NCBI GenBank assembly: GCA_963662945.1
Contig: OY759974.1
Span: forward strand, 1,120,001 to 1,184,000
Length of the DNA: 64,000 bases
DNA from: Arcobacteraceae bacterium
GTDB taxonomy: Bacteria > Campylobacterota > Campylobacteria > Campylobacterales > Arcobacteraceae
Reading direction: 5' to 3'
Within the stretch, counting starts at the first letter, position 1, and each line of letters begins with the position of its first letter. Shown in pieces: positions 11,329-20,551 of the stretch. The notes beneath the pieces were generated by a model. It had not been told where the DNA came from and made no database searches. It worked only from the letters and a program-made list of their open reading frames with translations. A program made the position numbers and the translations under genes.

Positions 11329-11466
11329 TTATTCATCTTCATCGATATAAGAATCATTATTTGGATTATGGACATCAGACCAATCATCCATGTCAGCTTC
11401 ATTATTTGGATTGTTAATATCAGACCAAATGTCTAATTCATCTTGAGACATATTTGAGGTATCCAT
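11329..11466 (-). CDS. 45-aa acidic micro-protein with two DxWSDxxNPNN repeats
   Basis: ATG at 11466 after GGAGG; MDTSNMSQDELDIWSDINNPNNEADMDDWSDVHNPNNDSYIDEDE. Confidence 0.6.
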   Translation of the reverse strand: MDTSNMSQDELDIWSDINNPNNEADMDDWSDVHNPNNDSYIDEDE

Positions 11467-11467
11467 T

Positions 11468-11614
11468 TTAATTACCTCCGCTTGAAGAGTTTTTTGATGC
11501 AGCTCTTTGTGCTCTTGCCGAAAAACTTCCTTTTGAGGTATTTCCACCTTTTTTTGCTGTACTTGATTGAATTCTTGCAGCAGCAGTTTTTGTCATTTGA
11601 CTTTTCTTTGTCAT
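11468..11614 (-). CDS. 48-aa basic hydrophilic micro-protein (SMP/LEA-like)
   Basis: ATG at 11614 after AAGGA; MTKKSQMTKTAAARIQSSTAKKGGNTSKGSFSARAQRAASKNSSSGGN. Too short for the ORF track. Confidence 0.65.
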   Translation of the reverse strand: MTKKSQMTKTAAARIQSSTAKKGGNTSKGSFSARAQRAASKNSSSGGN

Positions 11615-11690
11615 AATATGATCCTTTAAATTATATTTCCCTTGCTAGAGATACTAAAATTATAAAACAAAATTTTATAGTCAATTCATT

Positions 11691-12731
11691 CTAATAGTGC
11701 CACTTTACATTTTTAGTCATATAATCAATCATTTTCTTTTGTAAATCTTTTTCTATATCAAAATCATTTAGGTCTTTACAAAAAGGAATACAATATTTAC
11801 CTAAGATATTTAAATCAAAATCTTTTTCATCTAATTCACAAAACATCTTCTCAAAATCGATACAGTAATTTGATTTTAAAACTTCAAGATCTTCTTTCTT
11901 ATTGTATTTTAATTTCTGCTGGATAATGGCTTTATAATTGTTAAGTTTTTCAAAAAATTGTCCTTCTTCTTTATCATCAATATTATATTCTCTTTTAATA
12001 TACAATAGTGCTCTTAGAATCAACATCAAAATTAATTGTGCTCTTTGTTCGTTTTTTTTGATATTTGAAAACAAGGTAACATTAATTACTAAAACTTTTA
12101 AAAACCCTGGTAACTCTCCATTCATCCATTTTGAGACATCATTAATAAATACTTTTTCTGATTGAATATCTTTTATATCTGAGTTATAATTTTCAGCCAT
12201 AGCCTCTGTTAGTTTAATAAAAATCTCATGAAAATCATGTGCAATTCCATTTTGAGTCTTATTGCTTTTTTGTATATAGTAATCAAGATATGGCTTGAAG
12301 CTTTTTTCCCTTAAAGCATCTTCAAAAATAGAAATATCAATATTTAGTTTTTTTATTTTTTCTATAATAAAAGCAATTTGAAAAGAAAATAATTTAATTT
12401 TTTTGTTATTATCATTAATACCATATATATCTAAGAATCTAAGTGTAAATGAAATATTATTTAGTTCCTTGATTAATTCTATACTTTCATCATTATCAAC
12501 TTTATAAAACAAGTTATTAAATAACAAATAAAACTCATTTGGTTCTTTGTATAAAGTTTCTAAAAATGCATCTATTCTCATATTAGTATTATTTTTAAAC
12601 TTATGGAACTTTTTTTTGGCAGGCTCTGTAAAACTATTTTTTATCCGAAAAACATCTTCCCATATATAAACTCTTTGATTAACTCCCCAAGTTTTCCAAA
12701 ATAATGCATTAAAATCTTTTATCATAATCAA
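11691..12731 (-). CDS. Hypothetical cargo protein (346 aa)
   Basis: Long ORF in very AT-rich DNA; no motif recognised. Confidence 0.6.
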   Translation of the reverse strand: MIMIKDFNALFWKTWGVNQRVYIWEDVFRIKNSFTEPAKKKFHKFKNNTNMRIDAFLETLYKEPNEFYLLFNNLFYKVDNDESIELIKELNNISFTLRFLDIYGINDNNKKIKLFSFQIAFIIEKIKKLNIDISIFEDALREKSFKPYLDYYIQKSNKTQNGIAHDFHEIFIKLTEAMAENYNSDIKDIQSEKVFINDVSKWMNGELPGFLKVLVINVTLFSNIKKNEQRAQLILMLILRALLYIKREYNIDDKEEGQFFEKLNNYKAIIQQKLKYNKKEDLEVLKSNYCIDFEKMFCELDEKDFDLNILGKYCIPFCKDLNDFDIEKDLQKKMIDYMTKNVKWHY

Positions 12732-12754
12732 TATCCAAAATTTTATCTTTCATA

Positions 12755-12785
12755 TTTAATAAAATCAATATCGATTATCAAACTT
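12755..12785. repeat. Degenerate transposon right-end remnant
   Basis: TTTAATAAAATCA (identical to 29703..29715) and ATTATCAAACTT (TnsB site in right-end orientation); no terminal ACA. Confidence 0.6.
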
Positions 12786-12807
12786 CTCTACTTCTTCCTA
12801 CTCTTCA
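12782..12807. repeat. Diverged copy of the mnmG tail/terminator arm
   Basis: 22/26 identical to 11127..11152; the minus strand reads TG AAG AGT AGG AAG AAG TAG. Confidence 0.8.
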
Positions 12808-12934
12808 TGTGATATACAATAAAGTTTGATAACAAAAGAAAGATTTTCAGTCCTTTTATTTCAAATTAAATCAATAGTTATATAGTAAATTTTCTGTAAA
12901 CAAACTAAAAATATATTTAATAAAGTTTGATAAT
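12808..12934 (+). repeat. Inner (nested) left end
   Basis: TGTGATATACAATAAAGTTTGATAAC at 12808 and a second AATAAAGTTTGATAAT at 12919. Site spacing is 101 nt versus 103 nt at the outer end. Confidence 0.85.
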
Positions 12935-12948
12935 AAACTAACTATATG

Positions 12949-13806
12949 CTATATTGATATAACTTTTAAATTGCCTTTTTGTGTAAAAAATATCTCATTA
13001 TAATAAGTTGTTAAATTACTTACTCTATCTTTAGTAATTTGACTAAATACTTTATTTTTAATATTAAATTTATACAACCCATTTCTAGCTTGAATAATAT
13101 AATATGATTTATCAAAACTTATTACTAATTTAATAGTATTTGGAACATCATTCTCAGGTAGTACATAGCGGCTTGTATCTCCATTTTTAATATTAACTAA
13201 TAATAAGCCAAAGTCATAATCTATTATTGCTAATTGATTGCTTTTGTGATCATAGTAAATATCTTGAGGATTGTTAATTTCTAATTTATGTAATGTTTTA
13301 TAAACAAATTGTGACTTTTTATTTTTATAATCAATTCTATAAACTCCTGAATTTAAAATTGAAAGAAAAATGACTCCGTCATGTGCAACAATAGATGTAA
13401 TAGGTATAGTTTGATCTTGATTATTGAATATATCTAAATATATATCATCAATAAAACTATCATTTCTTAAGTTTATTCCAATTAATCCTCTTGTATTAGA
13501 AATAATAAATAGTACTTGCAGTATAGGATCGATAGTAATAACTTGTGCATCATTTATACTTTTTACTTTCTCTGTATAATTACTATAATATTTGTATAAC
13601 CCATCTCTAGTTAGTATGTAAAACCTATTTCCATATGCTTTAATATCTAAAATTATTGTATTATTCAAATTAAAGTTTGGTTCAAATATTAAATTTTCAT
13701 ACTTTTTATATTTTGTCTTAATATAGTCTTTGGTTATCTCTCCATTTAAATAACTTTTAAATAAATATGATTTATAAATAAATAAGGAAGTGATAATATT
13801 ACTCAT
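12949..13806 (-). CDS. Hypothetical protein, probable beta-propeller
   Basis: Recurrent strand motifs (FYILTRDGLYKY, LFIISNTRGLIGI, IFLSILNSGVYRI, YIIQARNGLYKF); ATGA overlap with the upstream ORF. Confidence 0.55.
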   Translation of the reverse strand: MSNIITSLFIYKSYLFKSYLNGEITKDYIKTKYKKYENLIFEPNFNLNNTIILDIKAYGNRFYILTRDGLYKYYSNYTEKVKSINDAQVITIDPILQVLFIISNTRGLIGINLRNDSFIDDIYLDIFNNQDQTIPITSIVAHDGVIFLSILNSGVYRIDYKNKKSQFVYKTLHKLEINNPQDIYYDHKSNQLAIIDYDFGLLLVNIKNGDTSRYVLPENDVPNTIKLVISFDKSYYIIQARNGLYKFNIKNKVFSQITKDRVSNLTTYYNEIFFTQKGNLKVISI

Positions 13807-14240
13807 AATAACTTGCCTTCTATTAAGGTAGCAATTTCATCTTCAGATAAAATATCATTTGTACACCAAAACTCAAGTAGACTATTACCAATATCGTATT
13901 TTTTATTTTTTTCTTTAAAAGGAAAGACTGGATACCCATGCCAATCATCAGATTGAGGATTTTGTACTGCAGGAAAATAGCCAAACTGTTGTTTTTTTGT
14001 ACCAACTTTAATAATATCATTATCTTGCCTAATAAATCCCCACATATGCCCATTACAATCAATCCATTCTATACGTTGAGAATTTACCATTGTTCCAACT
14101 TCTGAAGTATCAAAAGTTTCAACTTCTAAAACTCTAGAAATCCATAGAGAATGCTTCTTATTTATACTGCTATAATGATGTTTTCCTCTGGATAGGTAAC
14201 TTTTAATACCTAATTTTGTAGGAAGTCTAATATCTCCCAT
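13803..14240 (-). CDS. Hypothetical protein, possible nuclease toxin
   Basis: 145 aa with KHH and a WHGYP motif; GAGG ribosome-binding site. Confidence 0.5.
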   Translation of the reverse strand: MGDIRLPTKLGIKSYLSRGKHHYSSINKKHSLWISRVLEVETFDTSEVGTMVNSQRIEWIDCNGHMWGFIRQDNDIIKVGTKKQQFGYFPAVQNPQSDDWHGYPVFPFKEKNKKYDIGNSLLEFWCTNDILSEDEIATLIEGKLL

Positions 14241-14251
14241 TTAATTCCTCA

Positions 14252-15001
14252 TTAGTTGATTGATTCAATATCTATCCATTCACCATAGTAATTGTCCGAG
14301 TACCAGTAAATTCTATCTCCTGTATCATATTTATTTCTATCATTTTCAAACTCTTGCTTTAAAGACTCAAAAATTGTAAATTTTAAAGTTTTAATTAAAT
14401 CTACTTTTTTATTATCAGTCTTAATATGAAGTTCTAAGGAGTAATTTCCATCTTTCCAATTAAAATGTTTTTCAAACAATTCTTCAAATGCCACAATAAA
14501 TGACTTATTTGCCCTTACTATTTCACCTTTTTCAGTTTCTTTTTTAATTCTTTCAATTTCATTTTTTAAGTTTCTTTCATTCTCTTTGTATTTTTTAACA
14601 TCATCTCTTGAAAAAAAATTTAAAAATCTTGCTCCATGGTGCCACTCCTCATTTGGATCAAGAGATACTTTCTTAAATGGAAAATAATAACTATCATTAA
14701 ATTTTTCTAAATAATTTTTTAAAGGCAATTTCATTATTTTTTCACCGTCTCTATAAACATCAATAAATATTTGATTTATGGATAAAGACGAACCACCAAT
14801 ATTTTTTATTATCAAATTTATTTGTATTATAGGATTACCAACATGATGTGTAATCCAAATTGAATCGTAAATATCAACTTCTAATTTTGCTTTTTTAAAG
14901 AAACGCCTAAGATAAGGAAGTGCACTTATTATCAGTGCTATAAAAGCAATAACCACACTCCAAAATTCTGGACGTGTGTAAAATGAAATATTATTATCCA
15001 T
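14252..15001 (-). CDS. Hypothetical protein with N-terminal TM helix
   Basis: FWSVVIAFIALIISALPYL anchor followed by a beta-rich soluble domain. Confidence 0.6.
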   Translation of the reverse strand: MDNNISFYTRPEFWSVVIAFIALIISALPYLRRFFKKAKLEVDIYDSIWITHHVGNPIIQINLIIKNIGGSSLSINQIFIDVYRDGEKIMKLPLKNYLEKFNDSYYFPFKKVSLDPNEEWHHGARFLNFFSRDDVKKYKENERNLKNEIERIKKETEKGEIVRANKSFIVAFEELFEKHFNWKDGNYSLELHIKTDNKKVDLIKTLKFTIFESLKQEFENDRNKYDTGDRIYWYSDNYYGEWIDIESIN

Positions 15002-15227
15002 TAGATATTTCCTAGTAGTAGTATAGTTAACATTTTAACATAGTATACTTATATTAAATAATAAAACTAAAATGTAATTTAATAAAATTTTTGTGTAGTA
15101 AAAATACCATTATTCTTTTTATTATTTAAAGTATATACTAAGTATGTGCAATTATTTTATTTTATAATATTGAAGTTTAATATTATTTTGTATACTCCTA
15201 GATACTCTTTGTAACTTATATTTACTA

Positions 15228-16973
15228 TTAAATATCTAGTATTTCAAGAATTTTACTTTCTAACCAATTTTTTCTATTTTCTATAGAAGTAGCATTCCAC
15301 TCCATAGGATAATCAGCAATAACTTTTTTAGTCATATCAAATGCTGTTACACCTGTATCATCTTCAGAATATTTACCTTTTCCTTTATAAATATTGATTT
15401 TTATATTATAAGGATTATTACTTGCAGAAATATTTTTTGAGCCACTCAATAGCGTTAAATTACCTAAACTATGTAAATATCTATTTACTTCATCTATAGT
15501 AAATTTATTTTTCCAATCATCAAATTCATTCCAACCAATTGGTAAAATGTGTTCTGTATGAATTGTATTATCTAAGTGAATGTACGCTAATTTTGCATCA
15601 TCTGTTATCCTATATTCTATTATTGTTAATAAAGGCTTTATCCATGCTGTATGATAAACATCATTACTATTAATCACTTCTTTAACTTGTTTTACAATAT
15701 TATCTTTTTCAAGTTTATTATTTAAACTAGTAGTTATATAGTTTATATGCTTTTTATCTTTTATCCATGAAATCATGTTAAATGAAATTTGTTTAATATG
15801 AGATAGTGTTTTTCCTGACATCCAATTTAAATAATAAAATCTTCTAAGAGAAATTTGTAACTCATCATAATATTCATAGTTTGTATGTAAAGCTGTAAGT
15901 AAAATACTCTTCCAGTATACTGTCCATCTTAAATACCAAAAGGAATAAAGTATTTTATCTTCCTTGTCCCAAATCTGATTTTTATAGGCATTAACAAACT
16001 CTGAAAAATCTTTTATGGTTTCATTTGGATCTTGTTGTTCAAAAATATCTTGCAATTCATCAGAAAGTGATTTTTTTGGATTTCTAGCAATTAAATAGTA
16101 AAGGTATAATGTAAACATATCGTTCATACTATCATATGTACCAGTTAATAAATTTTCTAAACGTCTCCATTCCGCAATAAACTCGTTTTCATCTTCTATC
16201 CTCGCTTCAAAATTTTCACCCTCATCAACATATTTTTTTTCTATTTGTTCTAATAAAAAGCTTTTTACTAAATCTGATGCAGTAAGGTCCATTCCCCTAT
16301 CATTTAAGACTTGAAATAGTTTTATTGCAAAACTTCTATCTTCACAATCTATTCTAATTATTGACACTTTATTAAATAAATATTCAATTAAATCTCCTGC
16401 TTTATCTTCACCAATCTCTTCAAGTTTACTTCTTAATATATAGGCACTATTTTGAAATTTCAACTTTGGTTGTTCATCATCCTTAAGTTGATACTTATAA
16501 GGTTTTTGATGCTTTAAAGTTGATCCCTCATTTATAATATTTTGTTTAAAGTCTGCAGAATGTTGGGGATCAGTAAGTAAAGTTAGTCTTTGATCACCAA
16601 AATTAAATATAGCACTGTTAATATGGTTTGTATTAATAGAATTTTTATTGTTATTAATATTAGGATATAAATCTCTTAATACACATAACAATATCATTAA
16701 AGTTGTTAACCTTTGTTGTCCATCAACAATATCAAATCTATTTGAACCCGCTTGCGGAGCTGCAGTAATTATTGAACCTAAAAAATAGTTTTTTGATTCA
16801 TTCTCAAATGATTCAAAAATATCATCCCATAACTGTTCAATTTGTTCATCTAGCCACTTATATGGTCTTTGATATTTAGGTATTCTATAAATAGAATCTG
16901 TATCCATAAAAAGTTGCTTTATTGTTCTTGATCTTGGTGTAAATAGTTCCAAATTATCCCTTTCATTAATCAC
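15228..16973 (-). CDS. GmrSD-family (DUF262 + DUF1524/HNH) nuclease, putative modification-dependent restriction enzyme
   Basis: IPKYQRPYKW, DGQQR and FQVLNDRG (DUF262); EHILP and LGNLTLLSGSKN (HNH-like). Confidence 0.88.
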   Translation of the reverse strand: MINERDNLELFTPRSRTIKQLFMDTDSIYRIPKYQRPYKWLDEQIEQLWDDIFESFENESKNYFLGSIITAAPQAGSNRFDIVDGQQRLTTLMILLCVLRDLYPNINNNKNSINTNHINSAIFNFGDQRLTLLTDPQHSADFKQNIINEGSTLKHQKPYKYQLKDDEQPKLKFQNSAYILRSKLEEIGEDKAGDLIEYLFNKVSIIRIDCEDRSFAIKLFQVLNDRGMDLTASDLVKSFLLEQIEKKYVDEGENFEARIEDENEFIAEWRRLENLLTGTYDSMNDMFTLYLYYLIARNPKKSLSDELQDIFEQQDPNETIKDFSEFVNAYKNQIWDKEDKILYSFWYLRWTVYWKSILLTALHTNYEYYDELQISLRRFYYLNWMSGKTLSHIKQISFNMISWIKDKKHINYITTSLNNKLEKDNIVKQVKEVINSNDVYHTAWIKPLLTIIEYRITDDAKLAYIHLDNTIHTEHILPIGWNEFDDWKNKFTIDEVNRYLHSLGNLTLLSGSKNISASNNPYNIKINIYKGKGKYSEDDTGVTAFDMTKKVIADYPMEWNATSIENRKNWLESKILEILDI

Positions 16974-17063
16974 AAATTATATATAAAAGTTATTTTATCT
17001 TAATAGTTGTAAGTAAAATGTTAAATAATTAAACTTCTAACTACCCTAAAAATTCATAAATTA

Positions 17064-17072
17064 TGATATACT
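17064..17072 (+). promoter_or_regulatory. Extended -10 promoter candidate for the tns operon
   Basis: TGATATACT (TGn-TATACT) about 30 nt upstream of tnsA. Confidence 0.4.
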
Positions 17073-17101
17073 ACTAAAATATGATAATAGGGAGAAATAA
17101 A

Positions 17102-17773
17102 ATGAGTAATAGTCATATTACTTTTCCACAAAGAAAAATCAAAAAAAGCTACCGTTCTGTTACTGGACACTTCCCTAGTATTAAAAACAATAAATCAATA
17201 GCATTTGAATCAAAACTAGAAAGTGAATTTTTTTTAACTCTTGAATTTGATGATAATGTAGCCACTTATCAAGAACAACCACAAATTGAAATTATTTTAG
17301 ATAATAAAACAACAACTTATAGTGCAGATTGTTATATACAAAGACCAAAGGGCTCTTTAAATCGTGATGCTCTTGTAGAAGTTAAATATACTACTGAATT
17401 GGAAAAAGAAAAAGAATATTTTGATAAGAAATTTAAAGCTATTGAAGCTTCTACTGAAGAACTTGATTTAGACTTTATAATTTATACAGAACTTCAATAT
17501 CCTCTAGAATATATTACAAATCTTAAATTTTTATATCGATATAGAACTCAACAAAGAGAAATGAGATATGATGAGATTATTAATGAACTATTACAAGATA
17601 AAAAATTATCTGCACATGAGTTAGCAGAAACTATCTCAAAAAATAAAGCGGAATATATTATTGTAGCAAATGCAATTTGGGGCTTAGTTGCAAATAATAT
17701 ACTCACAACTGATTTAAAATCATCTGAGATTAACATGAAATCTATACTGGAGAAAAATAATGGCTGTTGTTAA
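17102..17773 (+). CDS. tnsA: TnsA endonuclease
   Basis: RSVTG, FESKLE, YQEQP, YSAD and LVEVKY PD-(D/E)XK pattern; ATG 17102 follows GGGAG. Confidence 0.92.
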   Translation: MSNSHITFPQRKIKKSYRSVTGHFPSIKNNKSIAFESKLESEFFLTLEFDDNVATYQEQPQIEIILDNKTTTYSADCYIQRPKGSLNRDALVEVKYTTELEKEKEYFDKKFKAIEASTEELDLDFIIYTELQYPLEYITNLKFLYRYRTQQREMRYDEIINELLQDKKLSAHELAETISKNKAEYIIVANAIWGLVANNILTTDLKSSEINMKSILEKNNGCC

Positions 17774-19667
17774 ACTAACTCTAAATTCAACTATTGTTTT
17801 TGAAGGTGTAAAATATCTCATCAAAGGTTATGCTTCCCTTGATGAAGTTCTTGTAAAACAAATAGATCCACCTCATAAGGAAAAGATTTTAAAAGTTAGT
17901 GATATTATTAAAGAACCTCAAAACTCAACAGATAACATTCAAAGAGAACTTGTGGATACCAATGACAAAGAGTTTCAAAAAGCACTAGAGAGATACAAGG
18001 TAATAGAATCTTTAGTTGATATGCCAAGTAGAAACTCCAAAGAGGTACAAAAAGTTGCTAAAAAATATAAAAAAGGTGTAGCTACTGTTTATCGTTGGTT
18101 AAGTACTTTTGAAAAATTTGGTACTATTAGCTCATTGGTAGCTTCTTATAACAACTGTGGAGGTAAAGGGAAAAGTCGTCTCAATGAATCTGTAGATGCA
18201 GTTATAGACTCGGTACTTGAAGAACTATATCTCAATAAACAAAAATATGCTTTTCTAACAGTTTATAGAAAAATAGAGCAGCTATGTAAAAATCTTGAAT
18301 TAGAAGTTCCAAACAAAAACACGGTAAGAAGTAGAATCAAAGCACTAGACCCAAAACTTATCACTAAATATAGACATGGTGAAAAGATAAGAGATACAAG
18401 AGGAACACCTGGAAAGTTTCCAGAAGTAAAAATGCCCCTTGACGTTATACAAATAGATCATACTAAAGTTGATGTAATACTTGTTGACGAAGAGACAAGA
18501 GAAGAGATAGGAAGACCATTTATTACAGTTGCTATTGATGTATTTAGTAGAATGATATATGGTTTTTATATCTCTTATGAAGCTCCAAGTTTTTTTAGTG
18601 TTGGACAATGTCTTTTACATGCCATCTTACCCAAAGATGAAATATTAAAAAAATACAATGTAACTGGAGAATGGCCAGTTTTTGGTCTACCCCAAGCAGT
18701 CCATATGGATAATGGAAAAGATTTTCAATCAGTGAGTCTAAAAAAGTTTTGTCAAGAATATAGAATATCTGATATTTATAGACCCGTTGCTCGCCCAGAA
18801 TTTGGTGGAAAAATCGAGAGGGTGATAAGAACAGCAATGGAAAAAGTTCACGAATTACCAGGTTCAACATCTTCTAATATTCAGGACAAAGGAACCTATG
18901 ATTCTCAAAAAATGGCTACTATGACTATCAATGAATTAGAACAATGGTATACGGACTTTGTAGTAAATATTTATCATAAAACAATACATAGTAGCCTTGG
19001 TGTGACCCCTGAAGAAAAATTCTATGAGGGTATGTATGGAGTTAGTGGTGACTCTATACCTTTTTTACCACAAGTTCCTGCAGATACTATTAAACTAAAA
19101 ATGTCACTTCTTCCAGCTTTTGAAAGAACTGTACAAAAAAATGGAATCACAATAGACTATATAACCTATTTTTCCGAAACACTTAGAAAATGGATAGTAC
19201 CAGCAGCCTATAAAAAACTCAATAAGACTTCAAATACAATAACTTGCAGAAGAGACCCAAGAGATATTAGTAAACTTTATGTATATGACCCAGATATAAA
19301 TGATTATATAATTGTACCCTATGCTAATATTAAAAAGCCAGCTATGAACCTTACAGAGCTAAGAAGAGCTATTTCTGAAGCTAAGAAAACAGTAACAGGA
19401 AGAGAACTAGAATCATATGATATCTATGAAGCTTATGACAGACTTCACCAATATGTAGAAAATTCAAAAAGAGAAAAGAAGTCTGCAAGAAGACAAGCTA
19501 GTTCAAAAAAGCATTTAAAAAAGAATATTGAATACGAAAAACAAATCTTACAAGATGGTAATGGTCTTAAACAAGATGAGAAATCACTCCAAAACTCAAC
19601 AACTCATATCCAGAATACTTTTCAAGAAGAAGAGGATGATGGCTATGAATATTATCCAATTGGTTAG
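17760..19667 (+). CDS. tnsB: TnsB/TniA DDE transposase
   Basis: HTH (VATVYRW), QIDHT, HMDNG and GKIER catalytic triad, Mu-like C-terminal RDPRDIS. Confidence 0.95.
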   Translation: MAVVKLTLNSTIVFEGVKYLIKGYASLDEVLVKQIDPPHKEKILKVSDIIKEPQNSTDNIQRELVDTNDKEFQKALERYKVIESLVDMPSRNSKEVQKVAKKYKKGVATVYRWLSTFEKFGTISSLVASYNNCGGKGKSRLNESVDAVIDSVLEELYLNKQKYAFLTVYRKIEQLCKNLELEVPNKNTVRSRIKALDPKLITKYRHGEKIRDTRGTPGKFPEVKMPLDVIQIDHTKVDVILVDEETREEIGRPFITVAIDVFSRMIYGFYISYEAPSFFSVGQCLLHAILPKDEILKKYNVTGEWPVFGLPQAVHMDNGKDFQSVSLKKFCQEYRISDIYRPVARPEFGGKIERVIRTAMEKVHELPGSTSSNIQDKGTYDSQKMATMTINELEQWYTDFVVNIYHKTIHSSLGVTPEEKFYEGMYGVSGDSIPFLPQVPADTIKLKMSLLPAFERTVQKNGITIDYITYFSETLRKWIVPAAYKKLNKTSNTITCRRDPRDISKLYVYDPDINDYIIVPYANIKKPAMNLTELRRAISEAKKTVTGRELESYDIYEAYDRLHQYVENSKREKKSARRQASSKKHLKKNIEYEKQILQDGNGLKQDEKSLQNSTTHIQNTFQEEEDDGYEYYPIG

Positions 19668-19679
19668 GTTAGGTAAAAA

Positions 19680-20549
19680 ATGAATAATAGAATCTTAATT
19701 AAAGAAGCTGAAGAATATTTAACTAAAAGTGACGAAGAGAGAATTCTCTATTGTAAAAAAGATCATTGGATAGGATATGGAGCAGCTGTAAAATTGTTAG
19801 AACTTCTAGAAGATAAATTTGAAGACCCTCCACAAATGAGACATGAAGGGTTATTAATATATGGAGATCCTAATAATGGGAAAACTGCAATATTGAAAAA
19901 AATGTACAATTTACATAAAACCAATTTAGACTATGTAAATAAAGAAAATGAGATTGTCTATGAGATACCAATTATCTATTTTCAAGCACCTACAATTCCT
20001 GATGAGAGTAGATTGTATAGTTTAATACTCAATGAACTTTTGGTACCACACAAGCATACTGAAAAGATAGTAGAAAAAGCAAAATTATGTGAACACTATC
20101 TTAGAAAACTAGGTACTAAAATGATTTTAATTGATGAAATTCATAGTGCTCTAACAGGAAATCTCAATAAACAAAGAACTTTTATAGATGATTTAAAACA
20201 ACTAAGCAATAGACTTTCTCTAACGATTATCTTAGCAGGAACGAGAGAAGCACACTCAGCACTTTCTATTGGGAGTGAAACGAATACTAGATTTCCTTCT
20301 CTTGAACTTCCACGCTGGAACAATGATAGAAAGTTTAGATCTTTTGTAGCTACTTATGAAAGATGTTTACCACTTAAACTCGCTTCAAATCTGGCTGACA
20401 ATCCAGAGATTATGAATGCTTTATTTTATCAATCAGAGGGTTTAATAGGTAAGACTGTAAATCTTTTGAAAAAAGCAGCTGTAAAAGCAATCAAATCAAA
20501 AAGAGAATATATCATAGCTAGTGATATAGAGTACTTACCAAAACTCTGA
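19680..20549 (+). CDS. tnsC: TnsC/TniB AAA+ ATPase (short type)
   Basis: WIGY, Walker A GDPNNGKT, Walker B ILIDEIH; 289 aa. Confidence 0.92.
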   Translation: MNNRILIKEAEEYLTKSDEERILYCKKDHWIGYGAAVKLLELLEDKFEDPPQMRHEGLLIYGDPNNGKTAILKKMYNLHKTNLDYVNKENEIVYEIPIIYFQAPTIPDESRLYSLILNELLVPHKHTEKIVEKAKLCEHYLRKLGTKMILIDEIHSALTGNLNKQRTFIDDLKQLSNRLSLTIILAGTREAHSALSIGSETNTRFPSLELPRWNNDRKFRSFVATYERCLPLKLASNLADNPEIMNALFYQSEGLIGKTVNLLKKAAVKAIKSKREYIIASDIEYLPKL

Positions 20550-20551
20550 TT

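Noticed and set aside
11329-11547. 72-aa ORF as given in the track
   Set aside because: Its 5' part overlaps a better-supported 48-aa ORF in another frame; the likely start is ATG 11466 after GGAGG.
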